Below are positions 9,586 to 19,925 of a stretch of DNA of 64,000 nucleotides, one piece after another. Source of the stretch: a virus. The DNA is taken from IMG/VR virus record IMGVR_UViG_3300030107_002332. The stretch is one strand, 5' to 3'. Both the position numbers and the translations under genes were made by a program. How positions within the stretch are numbered: position 1 is the stretch's first letter; the number at the start of each line of letters is the position of its first letter. A model generated the notes under the pieces. It saw nothing but the letters and a program-made list of their open reading frames with translations. It searched no databases and was not told the DNA's origin.

Positions 9586-10488
9586 TTATTTAACCCAGAG
9601 ATATCCGTTAGAAGCACCTAAACTATCTTCACGGAAACCGCAGTTATTACCTGACTCTGGATGCCGACCCCAAGCAAAATATGTACCACCTGAAGTATGG
9701 TGGTCACCAAATCCTCTCGTACCAGTGTTCGGACCTCTATCGCTGATACCACCTTCATAAGTAAGTGTTATCCTTGTTCTTTCATTCTGATTAGATGCAC
9801 TACTTAGTAGGTCAACAGTAGCATTACTATCAATAAATACATTCTTATTAAATCCTGTTGCTTCCATCCAGTATCGTGTAGATCCAGTATAAGTTGATTC
9901 ACCAACTAAAGCATTAATCCAACTATCTGACATTTTAGTAGTTGAACTATTAGTAAGTGTTGGACCTTGAGTACCAGTGATACGGACACCTCCTTGATTC
10001 ATATGATCTTGACATGTTGCAGTACGAACTGTTGCAACAAGAACCCATCCACCACTATTTCTTGAATTATCAACATACATTTGATATGCACCAGAATTTC
10101 CTGGACTAATCCAGTAAGTACCAGATGGTTGTCCAGATTCTAATATTTCCATACCAGACTTAGCAGCAGCACCCTGACTGGCACCAGGTAATGTTCCTGT
10201 AGGATATCCAGTTCCATCCTGCCAAACACCATTATATACCATCTCCAGTTTATCTGTAGATGTATTAAATCTTAACTGTCCAATCTGAGGTTGTCTTCTC
10301 TTACCGTAACTTATCTCTCTATTTCTAAAATCTAATGGTGCACCATTTGGTAATGGAAGATAACTTTGTCCTGTAATTACAAGACTACTATCACCTTTAA
10401 ACGCAAGATCAGTATCTTCTGGTACTGTTACAGTAAAATTAGGTGATAAACCTTCAATAAGTCCAACGTTAATCTTACCTGCTGCCAT
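9586..10488 (-). CDS. Tail-fibre-like protein with fibrinogen-like domain
   Basis: GQLRFNT module; SGTYWI...MYVD...GGWVLV. Confidence 0.65.
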   Translation of the reverse strand: MAAGKINVGLIEGLSPNFTVTVPEDTDLAFKGDSSLVITGQSYLPLPNGAPLDFRNREISYGKRRQPQIGQLRFNTSTDKLEMVYNGVWQDGTGYPTGTLPGASQGAAAKSGMEILESGQPSGTYWISPGNSGAYQMYVDNSRNSGGWVLVATVRTATCQDHMNQGGVRITGTQGPTLTNSSTTKMSDSWINALVGESTYTGSTRYWMEATGFNKNVFIDSNATVDLLSSASNQNERTRITLTYEGGISDRGPNTGTRGFGDHHTSGGTYFAWGRHPESGNNCGFREDSLGASNGYLWVK

Positions 10489-10910
10489 TATCTAATACTC
10501 CATGATGCTCCGTTTTCTATCGTCACAGTAAAACCATTATTAATAGATACGGGACCAGCAGTCATTCCGTTGGTATACTTAGCATCTCCATTAGCAGTTG
10601 GTCCTATCGTAATATTTTCTACAATCGTTGGTGCATTAGTTCTTATAATACTATCAGTTCCTACAGCAGGTCCACCACCAGATATTGCTGCCCATCCAGC
10701 ACTACCAGTACCATCATCTGCCTTGTATATCTCAGCAGCATCAGTATCACTGTTAAATCTTATCGTTCCTACACTAACACCAGTTGGTCTTTGTGCTGTA
10801 GTACCTGCTGGTACTCTCATAACACTATTAGTGTTTAAGAAACTTAGAGTTGTTATAATTGCTTCTGTTGCAGTGGAAATCTGATTTCCACTAATTCTTG
10901 AAATTGCCAT
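10488..10910 (-). CDS. Small fibre-associated structural protein
   Basis: VPAGTTAQRP...IRFNSDT module plus AGPVSINNGFTVTIENGASW tail. Confidence 0.65.
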   Translation of the reverse strand: MAISRISGNQISTATEAIITTLSFLNTNSVMRVPAGTTAQRPTGVSVGTIRFNSDTDAAEIYKADDGTGSAGWAAISGGGPAVGTDSIIRTNAPTIVENITIGPTANGDAKYTNGMTAGPVSINNGFTVTIENGASWSIR

Positions 10911-10914
10911 GAGA

Positions 10915-13900
10915 TTAGATAGGTAGTTCTAAGATGTGAACAGTATCAGATGATAGTGGTGCATCTCCAGAAGAGAATACAACGTTAGCACCGTTTGCAT
11001 CAACTGTATAATTAGTTCCTGCTATTTGTGCTACACCATTTAAGAATACTAAGAGTGAATCATCAGAGTGTTTGATACCTCCACTATATGTAGTAACAGC
11101 AAACGTTAATTGAGTACCATTACCAGTGTAGGACTTAGTGATATATTTGTCTGAACCTACAACACCTCGACCAGTACCAACAAGGTCACCATCTATTCTT
11201 ACAGAACCAAGTATATTAACTTTATAAGAAGAGTTAGGTGCAGTACCTAAACCAATATGTTGATTACCACTAAAGGTTTCAATATTAATTTGTCCAGTAT
11301 CAGTTAAACCAAACTCTTTCCATACTTGGTTATAGTATATCCAACCAAGTGATTTACCTGGAGTCCAGTTGATATTATAAACTAAGTCACCATCAGCAGG
11401 TGTTGTATACCAAGGTATATTAGAGAAGTCTGGTAATCCAGTTGCTAACTCTGGTGCAAGTAATGTCTGCTTAATTACAGTACCATCTTGGTTGAAGTAA
11501 GATATTCTCTTAGATTGTAATTGACCTGTAAAGGTAGTTAATCCTTGGAATGTAACTGGACCTGCAAAGATTGATTCTAACTGGTTAGATGCACCACCAA
11601 TTACGGTTAGTTTATCTGTTAGTACCAATTCAGAGAAGGTTTCAATCGTAGTATTTTCTTCACCAACAACGTTTAACTGTGCAACGTCTTCACTTGTGAT
11701 CTGACCTGTAACTGGGTTAATAACCTGGTTACCAATGTATAGATCACCTTGAGAGTTAAGTCCTGAGTAGAACGCAACTCCTGCTTCTTCTTTAATAGAC
11801 TGAGAATATCTAACTTGGTTTGCAGATAGTGTCTCAACCTGAGTCTGAGGGAACGCTGTACTGTAGTTACCTGGTCCAAAACCAAGATATTCAAACGTAT
11901 GGTTACCTGATCTTAGAATTGAGTGTCGTCTAAACTCTACGTTAATCGGTGCTACAGTACCATCATTATTAGATCTAATTTGTATCTTTCTTGTCTCTTC
12001 ATCACCTGCTCTTGCAGTTAATTCTACGTTAGATAGTCTCTTATTAACTGAGTCATAGTTTGGTGTTGTACCTGGTTGACTCCAACCTGTATCTTCTAAT
12101 AAGAATTCAATTGCTTCCTTAGTAATAGATCTCTTAGGATCTAAATTAGGAGTTGGAGATGCACCATCTGTTGAATTTACCAATCCAATAGTTTGGTTAT
12201 CTGCTACTGACTGAGCAGAAAGAGGGTCAGCAATAGGATTATCTCTGTCAAACGTTGGATAGACTTCATTAACGTTCTGTGAGAAGAATCTGTCATTGAA
12301 GTTAGAAGTTGAAGGTGCTATAGATGCACATAAGAAGGTAATATAATAGATACCATCCTTGACACCTCTTTCAAATGGTTGAACAACTTCAATATTATAG
12401 ATGTAATAACACTTACCTAACTTATATGCAGTAGTATCAGTGTTCAATGGTTGTAATACATAACCAGAGATAGGATCTCTTGGTAATGGATTAGTCTTAT
12501 CCTTATCAATTACATACCTTACACGATAAGTTCTGTCATCCAAGTCTCTTGGGTCAGGTATTCTATTAAGGAATGTAGTTGGTGTAAAGTTAACTGTATT
12601 GTAGGTAGTATTAGTAGATAGAGTAGTATATATTGTGTTATTTGTAGCATTAACAGATAGATACCAACCACCTACTGAGTTTGGTGCACCATTAATTGTA
12701 TATGTTGCAGCATCATACTGAATAGGAGAACCAGCAGCACCAGCATCTAATCCAGATACACTTGGACCATAAGGTGATATACTTGCATAATGAACACTTG
12801 CAGCAGTTGCACCTTGAGCAACTAATAGACAGTTAATCTTATCTGCTATAGCAGATGAACCAGTACCATCTTGTCTTGCACCGATTGTATAACCCTGTAC
12901 TCTTGTTGTTGGTGGTGATGCTTGAGTTGTATAACCATATAAGTACAATCTTGTTCCAGGAGTACCACCCTGACCTGCTAATGCAGCGTTAATTGTTTTA
13001 GTTCTTGATATATCAATGTTAACCCAGTTAACAGAAGTTTCTTCACCAAATATTACATTACCATTAATAGTTGCAGTGTTAGTACCTGTCAGAGTAACAA
13101 CTCTTGTATTAGTATTAACTGAACCAACTGTTGCTCCTGTAGCAATACCTGTACCATAAACTGCTACACCTTCAATAACACCGTTGATAGATCCATCATT
13201 AGTAAGTGTAATTGTTGATGATCCATTAACACCTGTAGCAGTAGTTGAAATAACATTAAGTGCTTTAGGTGGAACGATATGAGTTATAGCACCTGCCTTA
13301 TCTTTAGAGAATGCTTTTGCTTTAAATCCAGCAGATCTAAGTGCGATACTACCAAAGTTACTATTACTGTTAGTAATAGACATGTCAGCACCTCTGAATG
13401 CAGAGAAGTGTGCAAAGTATCCAACAGCGAACACAGAAACTGCCTGAATGAAAGCATCATCCGATGCTCTAATGTGCATGTGTCCCCAACCTTTACGGTA
13501 TTCAGCGAAACCGTCTAAGTGAGCACCATCACCAGCAGTTGCTACATCATAGTTACCAGTTGATGCGTTATATCTAACGAATGCTCTGTCATCTTTTTGT
13601 AGTGATAGTCCAGTAAACTGTGCCACAACCATTGATTTGAAACCAGTTGCTTTAGCACCGTTTGCATGCATACCATTCATACCCCACACACTTCTTAGTG
13701 ATAGGTTGAATGCGTATGGTGATGCTGAGTCAACAGTATCAATCTCAGTCTTAACAGTTATGTTTGTACCTACAGCATTTCCTGTAGGTTCACTTGCCAT
13801 CTGATAAGTAAAGACGTTACCTGATGCTGAAGTGACGGTGAAAGATCCGTTATACACTGTCGCATCAACTTCGGATTGTGGTCCCGTTGACCCTGTAACA

Positions 13901-14877
13901 CCAGATATATTAATGTTAACGCCAACAGAGAAACCGTGATCTCTTGGGTTGTCGAATTCGTCAACAGTAACTGCTGTCGCAGTTTGACCATTTCTTGTGA
14001 TTTGTAAGACTCTGTATTCATCAGAAATAGGACCAACGATTCTGTTTTCTTCTACTCTTGCCTGTAATTGGTCTGTTGAAGGATCACCAGATGTATCAGG
14101 TATAGTAGCGAATGCTTTAGATACCTTCTGATAATATATGTCTAAGTCTGTTCTTGTTAGAATATTAGGAACAGCAGAATAATCTGCATTAGGTACAGTT
14201 CCTTGAGATATTAGTGTTGATAAGGGATTTAGACCGTCTGCAAACTCAAAGCAGGTCAATCTATGGTGAGAAAATTTTGGAGGTATCGTTTCAACTGAAT
14301 CGGGTTTAAAGTAGACCCCCTCTTCAATACCATCAAAGAATGAGAACTGCCAGAAATAAGTACCACCAGTTACCTTGAAGATTGCAGTAGTAGGAGGAAC
14401 TTGTGCTTCAGTGTTAATACCTTTTGCAGCATATGTTGTAGGATAAGGTATATACATTGGTCGTATCTTTGTACGACGTAAGTCTAATCCAACAACAGAA
14501 CAACCTCTGGGAACGATAACGCCTCCTTCGGTTGAGTTATACTTATATAATACGTTATTTGCAGATGTTAAATCTAAGTTTGAGTTAGAGTCAATAGGTG
14601 GAACATTGGTATATAAAACTTCACCAGGTCTATTGTCTATCTGATATTCAGCAGGATATAACATGATGCTGAATGCATCAAATTCGTCATTACTTAAACC
14701 AACTCTATATGAAAATCTTGCTACTTCTAAAAAGGCACGTTGCAACGTCTTAAATGGACGCAAAGCAGAGTTACCTCTGTTGTCAATCGCATCAGAAGCA
14801 TCAAAGTCGTCTGGGTTGACGTAGATAATACGTCCCGTACGGGACGTAATAATATTCTTTAACCTAGTTAGTGACAT
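10915..14877 (-). CDS. Large virion structural protein (cyanomyovirus fibre/baseplate-associated)
   Basis: 1320 aa; YVNPDDFDASD...GNSALRPFKT N-terminus recognised from cyanophage structural proteins; T/G/S-rich. Confidence 0.7.
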   Translation of the reverse strand: MSLTRLKNIITSRTGRIIYVNPDDFDASDAIDNRGNSALRPFKTLQRAFLEVARFSYRVGLSNDEFDAFSIMLYPAEYQIDNRPGEVLYTNVPPIDSNSNLDLTSANNVLYKYNSTEGGVIVPRGCSVVGLDLRRTKIRPMYIPYPTTYAAKGINTEAQVPPTTAIFKVTGGTYFWQFSFFDGIEEGVYFKPDSVETIPPKFSHHRLTCFEFADGLNPLSTLISQGTVPNADYSAVPNILTRTDLDIYYQKVSKAFATIPDTSGDPSTDQLQARVEENRIVGPISDEYRVLQITRNGQTATAVTVDEFDNPRDHGFSVGVNINISGVTGSTGPQSEVDATVYNGSFTVTSASGNVFTYQMASEPTGNAVGTNITVKTEIDTVDSASPYAFNLSLRSVWGMNGMHANGAKATGFKSMVVAQFTGLSLQKDDRAFVRYNASTGNYDVATAGDGAHLDGFAEYRKGWGHMHIRASDDAFIQAVSVFAVGYFAHFSAFRGADMSITNSNSNFGSIALRSAGFKAKAFSKDKAGAITHIVPPKALNVISTTATGVNGSSTITLTNDGSINGVIEGVAVYGTGIATGATVGSVNTNTRVVTLTGTNTATINGNVIFGEETSVNWVNIDISRTKTINAALAGQGGTPGTRLYLYGYTTQASPPTTRVQGYTIGARQDGTGSSAIADKINCLLVAQGATAASVHYASISPYGPSVSGLDAGAAGSPIQYDAATYTINGAPNSVGGWYLSVNATNNTIYTTLSTNTTYNTVNFTPTTFLNRIPDPRDLDDRTYRVRYVIDKDKTNPLPRDPISGYVLQPLNTDTTAYKLGKCYYIYNIEVVQPFERGVKDGIYYITFLCASIAPSTSNFNDRFFSQNVNEVYPTFDRDNPIADPLSAQSVADNQTIGLVNSTDGASPTPNLDPKRSITKEAIEFLLEDTGWSQPGTTPNYDSVNKRLSNVELTARAGDEETRKIQIRSNNDGTVAPINVEFRRHSILRSGNHTFEYLGFGPGNYSTAFPQTQVETLSANQVRYSQSIKEEAGVAFYSGLNSQGDLYIGNQVINPVTGQITSEDVAQLNVVGEENTTIETFSELVLTDKLTVIGGASNQLESIFAGPVTFQGLTTFTGQLQSKRISYFNQDGTVIKQTLLAPELATGLPDFSNIPWYTTPADGDLVYNINWTPGKSLGWIYYNQVWKEFGLTDTGQINIETFSGNQHIGLGTAPNSSYKVNILGSVRIDGDLVGTGRGVVGSDKYITKSYTGNGTQLTFAVTTYSGGIKHSDDSLLVFLNGVAQIAGTNYTVDANGANVVFSSGDAPLSSDTVHILELPI

Positions 14878-14915
14878 TACCTATTTACGTGCTTTTAGTT
14901 ATTTATTGATGGAAT

Positions 14916-16403
14916 CTAACCTGAACCACCGCCACCAACTGTAGCAGCAGGATCGAAGACTCTTGTAGTAAAGGATGCAGCAGTATCCTCAAAACCAATC
15001 AAACTAAAGATATTGTTTTGTGAATTACTTTCTACAACCAATCGCTCACCAGGTCCAATTACCAGAGAGGTAATCTTAATTACATTATTTGCAGCATTAT
15101 CATTATTAATATAGAGATAGTTTGATGCCTCTACAGCAGCAGTTGCAACACCAACACTACTTACAGTTACCGTATTCCTTGTAGTAGAACCAACTTTCGG
15201 ATTATCCCTGAAAGTATTAGTACCTGCAAAATCAGCAGAGTTAGTACCCTTGACAACATATGCAGTTGTACCGCTATAACTACGGATGTATCCATAAGGA
15301 CCAGCAGTTACAGAAGATACTGTATATGTTGTACCACTATGAGTGAACTGATCTGAACCACCTGACCAATCTCCCTCAATGTCATAAACATATAATGAAT
15401 CATATGAATATTCAGTTGAAGTTGTTAGTAGACGATCTGATCCACCATAGTTAGCATTAGCAGCAGTACCAGTACCACCATCATAGAAGTAATAACTTGA
15501 TGATAAAGTGGAATTCGCTGAAAGATCATATTGAACATACGCACCACTGGATCCAGCAGTACCATTGGTCGTTTTACCAGTAGTATATTCAGTACCATCA
15601 TCAGAGTTACCAAATGTACCATCAGGACCCCACTCACCATTAACAGTAGTAGATATATGGAAATCTCTACCACTCATTGAAGCATCAGCAACGTTGAAGC
15701 GATATGCTCTGTCACCAAATACTGTGAACGTAGTACCTAAGTAAAGGTCATATGTACCACCAGCAGTTGTAGTTGAGAAAGCAAATTCATTATTTGCTGT
15801 ACCAACACCACCAGATGCAATAGTACCAGTAGCACCACCAGATGCAGTTACAGAATCACCTGCAACAAATTCTGCTCCAGATCCAGCAAGTGTTGTAGGT
15901 CCGATATAAACATTAGTTGTACCAGATCCTACTGCTGCTGCATATATTGTTGCTGTTGCTGTATTACCACCACTTCCCTTAACTATAGTCTCTCCAACTG
16001 CGGGAGTACCACTAACTGATTCTAATGTTATCTGACGAATAGCAAATGTTTTTACGAATATTTCTGTATATGGTGCAATGTAATACGATTCAAACTTAAA
16101 CGACTTTTCTCCAGTCGTTGATGTTAATAATGTACTACCTGCTAATGTTGCAGCAGCAGGTACAGGAGTGTTAAGATTTACCCTATATCCTGAAACTATA
16201 TCACCTTTATGTAATGCATAAGTTGATGCATCTAAAGTTAATTTTTGATCATAATCTTTAAGAGCGAGATCCCATTGGGATGCCGATCCATCGTTTGCAA
16301 TATTTAATATAGCACTTGCGGAAGCGTCAATAGGTGCAGCATACAGGACTGTGTTCGTCGTACCTGCAGGTTTCGCTTGTGCTAAGAGTCCTTGATCTGC
16401 CAT
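14916..16403 (-). CDS. Virion structural protein
   Basis: 495 aa T/G/S/A-rich, within late structural cluster. Confidence 0.6.
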   Translation of the reverse strand: MADQGLLAQAKPAGTTNTVLYAAPIDASASAILNIANDGSASQWDLALKDYDQKLTLDASTYALHKGDIVSGYRVNLNTPVPAAATLAGSTLLTSTTGEKSFKFESYYIAPYTEIFVKTFAIRQITLESVSGTPAVGETIVKGSGGNTATATIYAAAVGSGTTNVYIGPTTLAGSGAEFVAGDSVTASGGATGTIASGGVGTANNEFAFSTTTAGGTYDLYLGTTFTVFGDRAYRFNVADASMSGRDFHISTTVNGEWGPDGTFGNSDDGTEYTTGKTTNGTAGSSGAYVQYDLSANSTLSSSYYFYDGGTGTAANANYGGSDRLLTTSTEYSYDSLYVYDIEGDWSGGSDQFTHSGTTYTVSSVTAGPYGYIRSYSGTTAYVVKGTNSADFAGTNTFRDNPKVGSTTRNTVTVSSVGVATAAVEASNYLYINNDNAANNVIKITSLVIGPGERLVVESNSQNNIFSLIGFEDTAASFTTRVFDPAATVGGGGSG

Positions 16404-16409
16404 TGTTAA

Positions 16410-17732
16410 TTAGAATCCAGCGTAAAAGAATTGTTGTTGTCTTGTTAACCCAGTAAGGTTGTTTGCTCCAATACCAGCACCAAATGTAACATCTTCAAGA
16501 GTTACGTTTTCAGTAGACAATAGTGTAGCATCAGCATCTGGGAACTTAATAGTTCGAGGACCAGTGATCCCTTCAGCAGAAAGAACAACTGATGCAGCGA
16601 CATTAGTTGAATCTTTCAACGACATGTTATACATTGATTTATAGTATAACCCTTGGTCGCCTCTTTCAGTAACTATTACGTTATGGTTACCAGATCTATT
16701 TAGGTTATTGGTTGGAGGAACCTGAAAACTCTCATTAGATAATGTGTTCTGATTACTTACATCAAATGTAATCTTTTTAGTTACATCAGTTGTATCTGCA
16801 AGTTGCAATGCCTTGATACTTTTGTTACTCATAATCTGAGTAGTATCTTCCATTACAACAGTACCACTCTGATCAGGCATTGTTATAATCCTGTTAGAGG
16901 TTACTGCATCAGTATTCCACTGAACAGATGCTGTTGCAGACTCTGCGTTAGCAGCAAGTTTCAAATTAACGAAAGTCTTGCTTAATGCAGTTTGTTCTGC
17001 CTTAGTATCAAGTAAAGTAGATGATGTAGCAGTTGGTTCAGAAGTTGTAGTTACTGATCCAGCATCAGGTAAGAAATAAGAACGACGAGCACCTGAAGTA
17101 GTTGCCCAGTTAATCTGGAAAATTGCTTCTTCAGTCCCGTCAACGATAACAAAGTTATTCTCATTAATAAGAATAGTTTTGTTAGTCAATGTTTGTTGTG
17201 TATCAGCACCAACAAGTGTAGTACCGTTACCAGAGGTAATAGCAGGTAATGTCATGATTCTGGTATTAGTACCAGTACCAACATTACTTACTTCAAATCT
17301 TGCTTTTGGTCCTTGTGCATCTTCCAATATGAAAGATCCATCTTCCATCAAGAATTGTCCCGTTACTTTAACAGCACCCGTACCTTTCGGTGCGAGAACA
17401 ATATCAGTATTGGTTGCAACGTCATCTTGTGCAGTAATGTATAATGATGTGCTACTGTTACCGTTATCAATACGAGAACAATAGAAACCACCATCACCAA
17501 ATGCGATACCCAATTGATCGTATGCTGTTTGATAGAAACCAGTGTCTCTGTCCAAATCAAAAGCTATACCTGGTGCTGCTTTTGTACCTTGCGATACTCC
17601 TCTAAACAACTGATTAACTTTTGCTTTTCTATTAGGAATCAATGGGTCAGACACCACAACAGGAAGAATCGCTTCTCCCGACAGGTTAGCGTCCGAAATC
17701 GTTTCCAGTTGTGAAATCTTCTTAGTTGCCAC
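16410..17732 (-). CDS. Tail-fibre-like structural protein
   Basis: KKISQL start, APGIAFDLDRDTGFY motif, repeated ITLPD/QTLTNKT motifs. Confidence 0.65.
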   Translation of the reverse strand: MATKKISQLETISDANLSGEAILPVVVSDPLIPNRKAKVNQLFRGVSQGTKAAPGIAFDLDRDTGFYQTAYDQLGIAFGDGGFYCSRIDNGNSSTSLYITAQDDVATNTDIVLAPKGTGAVKVTGQFLMEDGSFILEDAQGPKARFEVSNVGTGTNTRIMTLPAITSGNGTTLVGADTQQTLTNKTILINENNFVIVDGTEEAIFQINWATTSGARRSYFLPDAGSVTTTSEPTATSSTLLDTKAEQTALSKTFVNLKLAANAESATASVQWNTDAVTSNRIITMPDQSGTVVMEDTTQIMSNKSIKALQLADTTDVTKKITFDVSNQNTLSNESFQVPPTNNLNRSGNHNVIVTERGDQGLYYKSMYNMSLKDSTNVAASVVLSAEGITGPRTIKFPDADATLLSTENVTLEDVTFGAGIGANNLTGLTRQQQFFYAGF

Positions 17733-17759
17733 GAATCATCATACGTTTTCCTACAGATC

Positions 17760-17767
17760 TATTTATA
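17760..17767 (-). promoter_or_regulatory. Late promoter TATAAATA
   Basis: Exact consensus overlapping the nifU-like stop, upstream of structural cluster. Confidence 0.75.
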
Positions 17768-18002
17768 CTGATACTACCTGTGTTACTTCAGGAAATCTTT
17801 CTTTAACTAAACGTTCGATACCCATAGTCATAGTCTGAGCACTCATAGAACATCCTGCACATGCACCCAACAATCTCACCATTACAATTGGTCCCTCTTT
17901 AAGGTAATCTATTGCAACATATTCAAGGTATCCTCCATCTGCTTCAATGAAAGGACGTATCTCGTTAAGTACGTTGTTAACGTTTAAATCATTTAGTTCC
18001 AT
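17763..18002 (-). CDS. NifU/NfuA C-terminal domain Fe-S carrier protein
   Basis: IRPFIEADGG and LLGACAGC (CxxC) signatures. Confidence 0.85.
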   Translation of the reverse strand: MELNDLNVNNVLNEIRPFIEADGGYLEYVAIDYLKEGPIVMVRLLGACAGCSMSAQTMTMGIERLVKERFPEVTQVVSV

Positions 18003-18154
18003 AATCTTTTTAATTGTCTTACATCAGTAACACCAAACTGTGCCTTACATACATTCTCTGCATCTTCTCTAAGATTAGATACAGACAAAAATTCTACCTT
18101 CTGTAACCTATTAGAAGGTAATAAAATGTATGCTTCCCATCTAATAGGTTTCAT
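17993..18154 (-). CDS. Small hypothetical protein (53 aa)
   Basis: Hand translation MKPIRWEAYILL...QLKRLWN; ATGA overlap with pcyA stop. Confidence 0.65.
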   Translation of the reverse strand: MKPIRWEAYILLPSNRLQKVEFLSVSNLREDAENVCKAQFGVTDVRQLKRLWN

Positions 18155-18816
18155 GGAGTACAGAATAGTATGTTGTTTATATAATTATTTGCCCAGTCTT
18201 TATCAAACCAATTAGAAAGAACTGCTAATGTCTTAGGATTCTTTCTCTGTTGTACAGAGTATCTAATTTGGTCTGCCATCCTTTGTGCTGTTGTTAATGG
18301 TGATCCTTGTTGTGCAACCTTAACAGCATCACAGTATATAATAAGGTATTCCATTAAAACATCAAGGAATTTTCTTTGTTCCTCAACCTGTCTTATACGT
18401 TGAAATTTCATATAAGGTGAAAATATATCACCCCATTCTGGTAAAGGACGAGGTTCATTAAAATTAAATACATCACAAATAGGTTTTACCCTTTCATAGA
18501 TGTAATTTGATCCACTAATAGGAGATATATCAACTATTGCAGCAGTAACCATTGACGGTGTAGCAATAATATCACATCCAAATATAGGAAGAACGTACTT
18601 AGGATCTGGAAAGTATACACAATGTAATACATCCAGTTTTCCTGCCTTAGCAACTTCTAAATGAATCTTGCGAAGACCAGTACATTTCCTCATCTCATTA
18701 GAAATGTAAAGATCCTCCTTAGTTAACTCAGGGAAGTCATTATCTAAACATTCTATATCAGGTAAGTCATTCCAAGAGGTGCGAATTACCTTTGCCAAAT
18801 CATCAACAATAGTCAC
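18151..18816 (-). CDS. pcyA: Phycocyanobilin:ferredoxin oxidoreductase
   Basis: LRKIHLEVAK, LHCVYFPDP, LPIFGCDI, KNPKT motifs; GTG start at 18816 coupled to upstream TAG. Confidence 0.88.
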   Translation of the reverse strand: MTIVDDLAKVIRTSWNDLPDIECLDNDFPELTKEDLYISNEMRKCTGLRKIHLEVAKAGKLDVLHCVYFPDPKYVLPIFGCDIIATPSMVTAAIVDISPISGSNYIYERVKPICDVFNFNEPRPLPEWGDIFSPYMKFQRIRQVEEQRKFLDVLMEYLIIYCDAVKVAQQGSPLTTAQRMADQIRYSVQQRKNPKTLAVLSNWFDKDWANNYINNILFCTP

Positions 18817-18965
18817 TATAGTATTATTGCTCCAATAACGAATCCTTTTGCAAATGCAAGACAAAGCATTTGATAGTCTGTGAGTGAAAATTTATCTTGG
18901 ATTTTTTTTGCGACTTTTTTGTCCCACTCTTTAACATTATATACTGCTTGTTTAATTTTTTTCAT
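18816..18965 (-). CDS. Small protein with C-terminal hydrophobic segment (49 aa)
   Basis: Hand translation MKKIKQAVYNVKEWDKK...AFAKGFVIGAIIL; start and stop overlap neighbours. Confidence 0.7.
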   Translation of the reverse strand: MKKIKQAVYNVKEWDKKVAKKIQDKFSLTDYQMLCLAFAKGFVIGAIIL

Positions 18966-19153
18966 TTTGTCTCCTTATGTTTTATATCATATTCGATAAT
19001 AATTTTTTTAGAAGACCTACCAATACTATTGAGTGTATTGGTTCTTTCGCAGGTACCACCAAGTAGGGATGCAATTTGCAAACACTCGGATACTAATTCA
19101 CCCTCATCCATGAGAGTGAATCTATCTTCTTCACTGGTCACCTTTCGCCTCAC
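18962..19153 (-). CDS. Hypothetical protein
   Basis: ORF in packed string; true start may be downstream. Confidence 0.55.
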   Translation of the reverse strand: MRRKVTSEEDRFTLMDEGELVSECLQIASLLGGTCERTNTLNSIGRSSKKIIIEYDIKHKETK

Positions 19154-19265
19154 GCATACTCTGATGTAATCTATCTAGTGCTTTTCGCACTTCATCAGTC
19201 TCTTCCCATTCCCAAGTTTCTTCACGCCCCTTCTTGTCTATCTTCTTGAATTGTTTCTTCGTCAT
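19131..19265 (-). CDS. Small hypothetical protein (44 aa)
   Basis: Hand translation MTKKQFKKIDKKGREETWEWEET... Confidence 0.55.
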   Translation of the reverse strand: MTKKQFKKIDKKGREETWEWEETDEVRKALDRLHQSMREAKGDQ

Positions 19266-19392
19266 GGAGTTTCTTCTCCTGCTTGATACGTCTCTTAATC
19301 ATCTTAGCATACTTAACATCATCTGTCGAGTACCATTCTGGATGTTCTTTAGCCCTCTTGATAATTAACTTCGCTGCCTTCTTGTCCTTCAT
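19222..19392 (-). CDS. Small basic hypothetical protein (56 aa)
   Basis: Hand translation MKDKKAAKLIIKRAKEHPEWYS... Confidence 0.6.
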   Translation of the reverse strand: MKDKKAAKLIIKRAKEHPEWYSTDDVKYAKMIKRRIKQEKKLHDEETIQEDRQEGA

Positions 19393-19615
19393 TAAGGTTT
19401 TGTACCTTTTCTTTACTTCTGAAGTAAGTATTTATAACATCAATTTGATCCTGATACTTAGCGATCATATTAATCTCTTCTTCAATTGCTTCAACTATAT
19501 TAGAATGTTCACCAATACCTACAGGGTTAGCAAGATAAACTTCTACATTTGCTCTATGCTTTGCAATGTCACCTTGAGCATGTGCTAATAATGCATTAAT
19601 TAATTGTTTTCTCAT
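19349..19615 (-). CDS. Cyanophage hypothetical protein
   Basis: ANVEVYLANPVGIGEH motif; abuts petF. Confidence 0.7.
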   Translation of the reverse strand: MRKQLINALLAHAQGDIAKHRANVEVYLANPVGIGEHSNIVEAIEEEINMIAKYQDQIDVINTYFRSKEKVQNLNEGQEGSEVNYQEG

Positions 19616-19905
19616 TAGTATAAATTCTCCTCTTGTTCAGTTAATAATGTAACATCTGAAGTAGGTTGTGCTACACATGTTAACACATATCCTTCTTCTA
19701 ATTGATCGTCATCCAAAAAGGATTGCTCTTCTTGATCTACTGTTCCTTCTACAATCTTCATAGCACATGATGAACATGCACCAGCACGACAAGATGAAGG
19801 ATGATCTAAACCTGCTTCTTCTAATGCTTCTAAAATAAAAGTATCTTCATCACATTCAAATGTTTCCTTAGATCCGTCAGGGGATTGAAGAGTAATCGTT
19901 GCCAT
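19615..19905 (-). CDS. petF: Plant-type [2Fe-2S] ferredoxin
   Basis: [10 protein letters not shown]...LTC motif. Confidence 0.95.
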   Translation of the reverse strand: MATITLQSPDGSKETFECDEDTFILEALEEAGLDHPSSCRAGACSSCAMKIVEGTVDQEEQSFLDDDQLEEGYVLTCVAQPTSDVTLLTEQEENLY

Positions 19906-19925
19906 AGTAGTAAATTCCCAACCGT

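Noticed and set aside
6118-10910. Possible diversity-generating retroelement acting on lectin-like fibre tips
   Set aside because: No reverse transcriptase and no template/variable repeat pair differing at adenines seen in this window
18884-18925. Third full copy of the A-tract repeat
   Set aside because: Lies inside a 49-aa ORF (KEWDKKVAKKIQDKF) and lacks the CTCGGC core; may be a by-product of Lys codons
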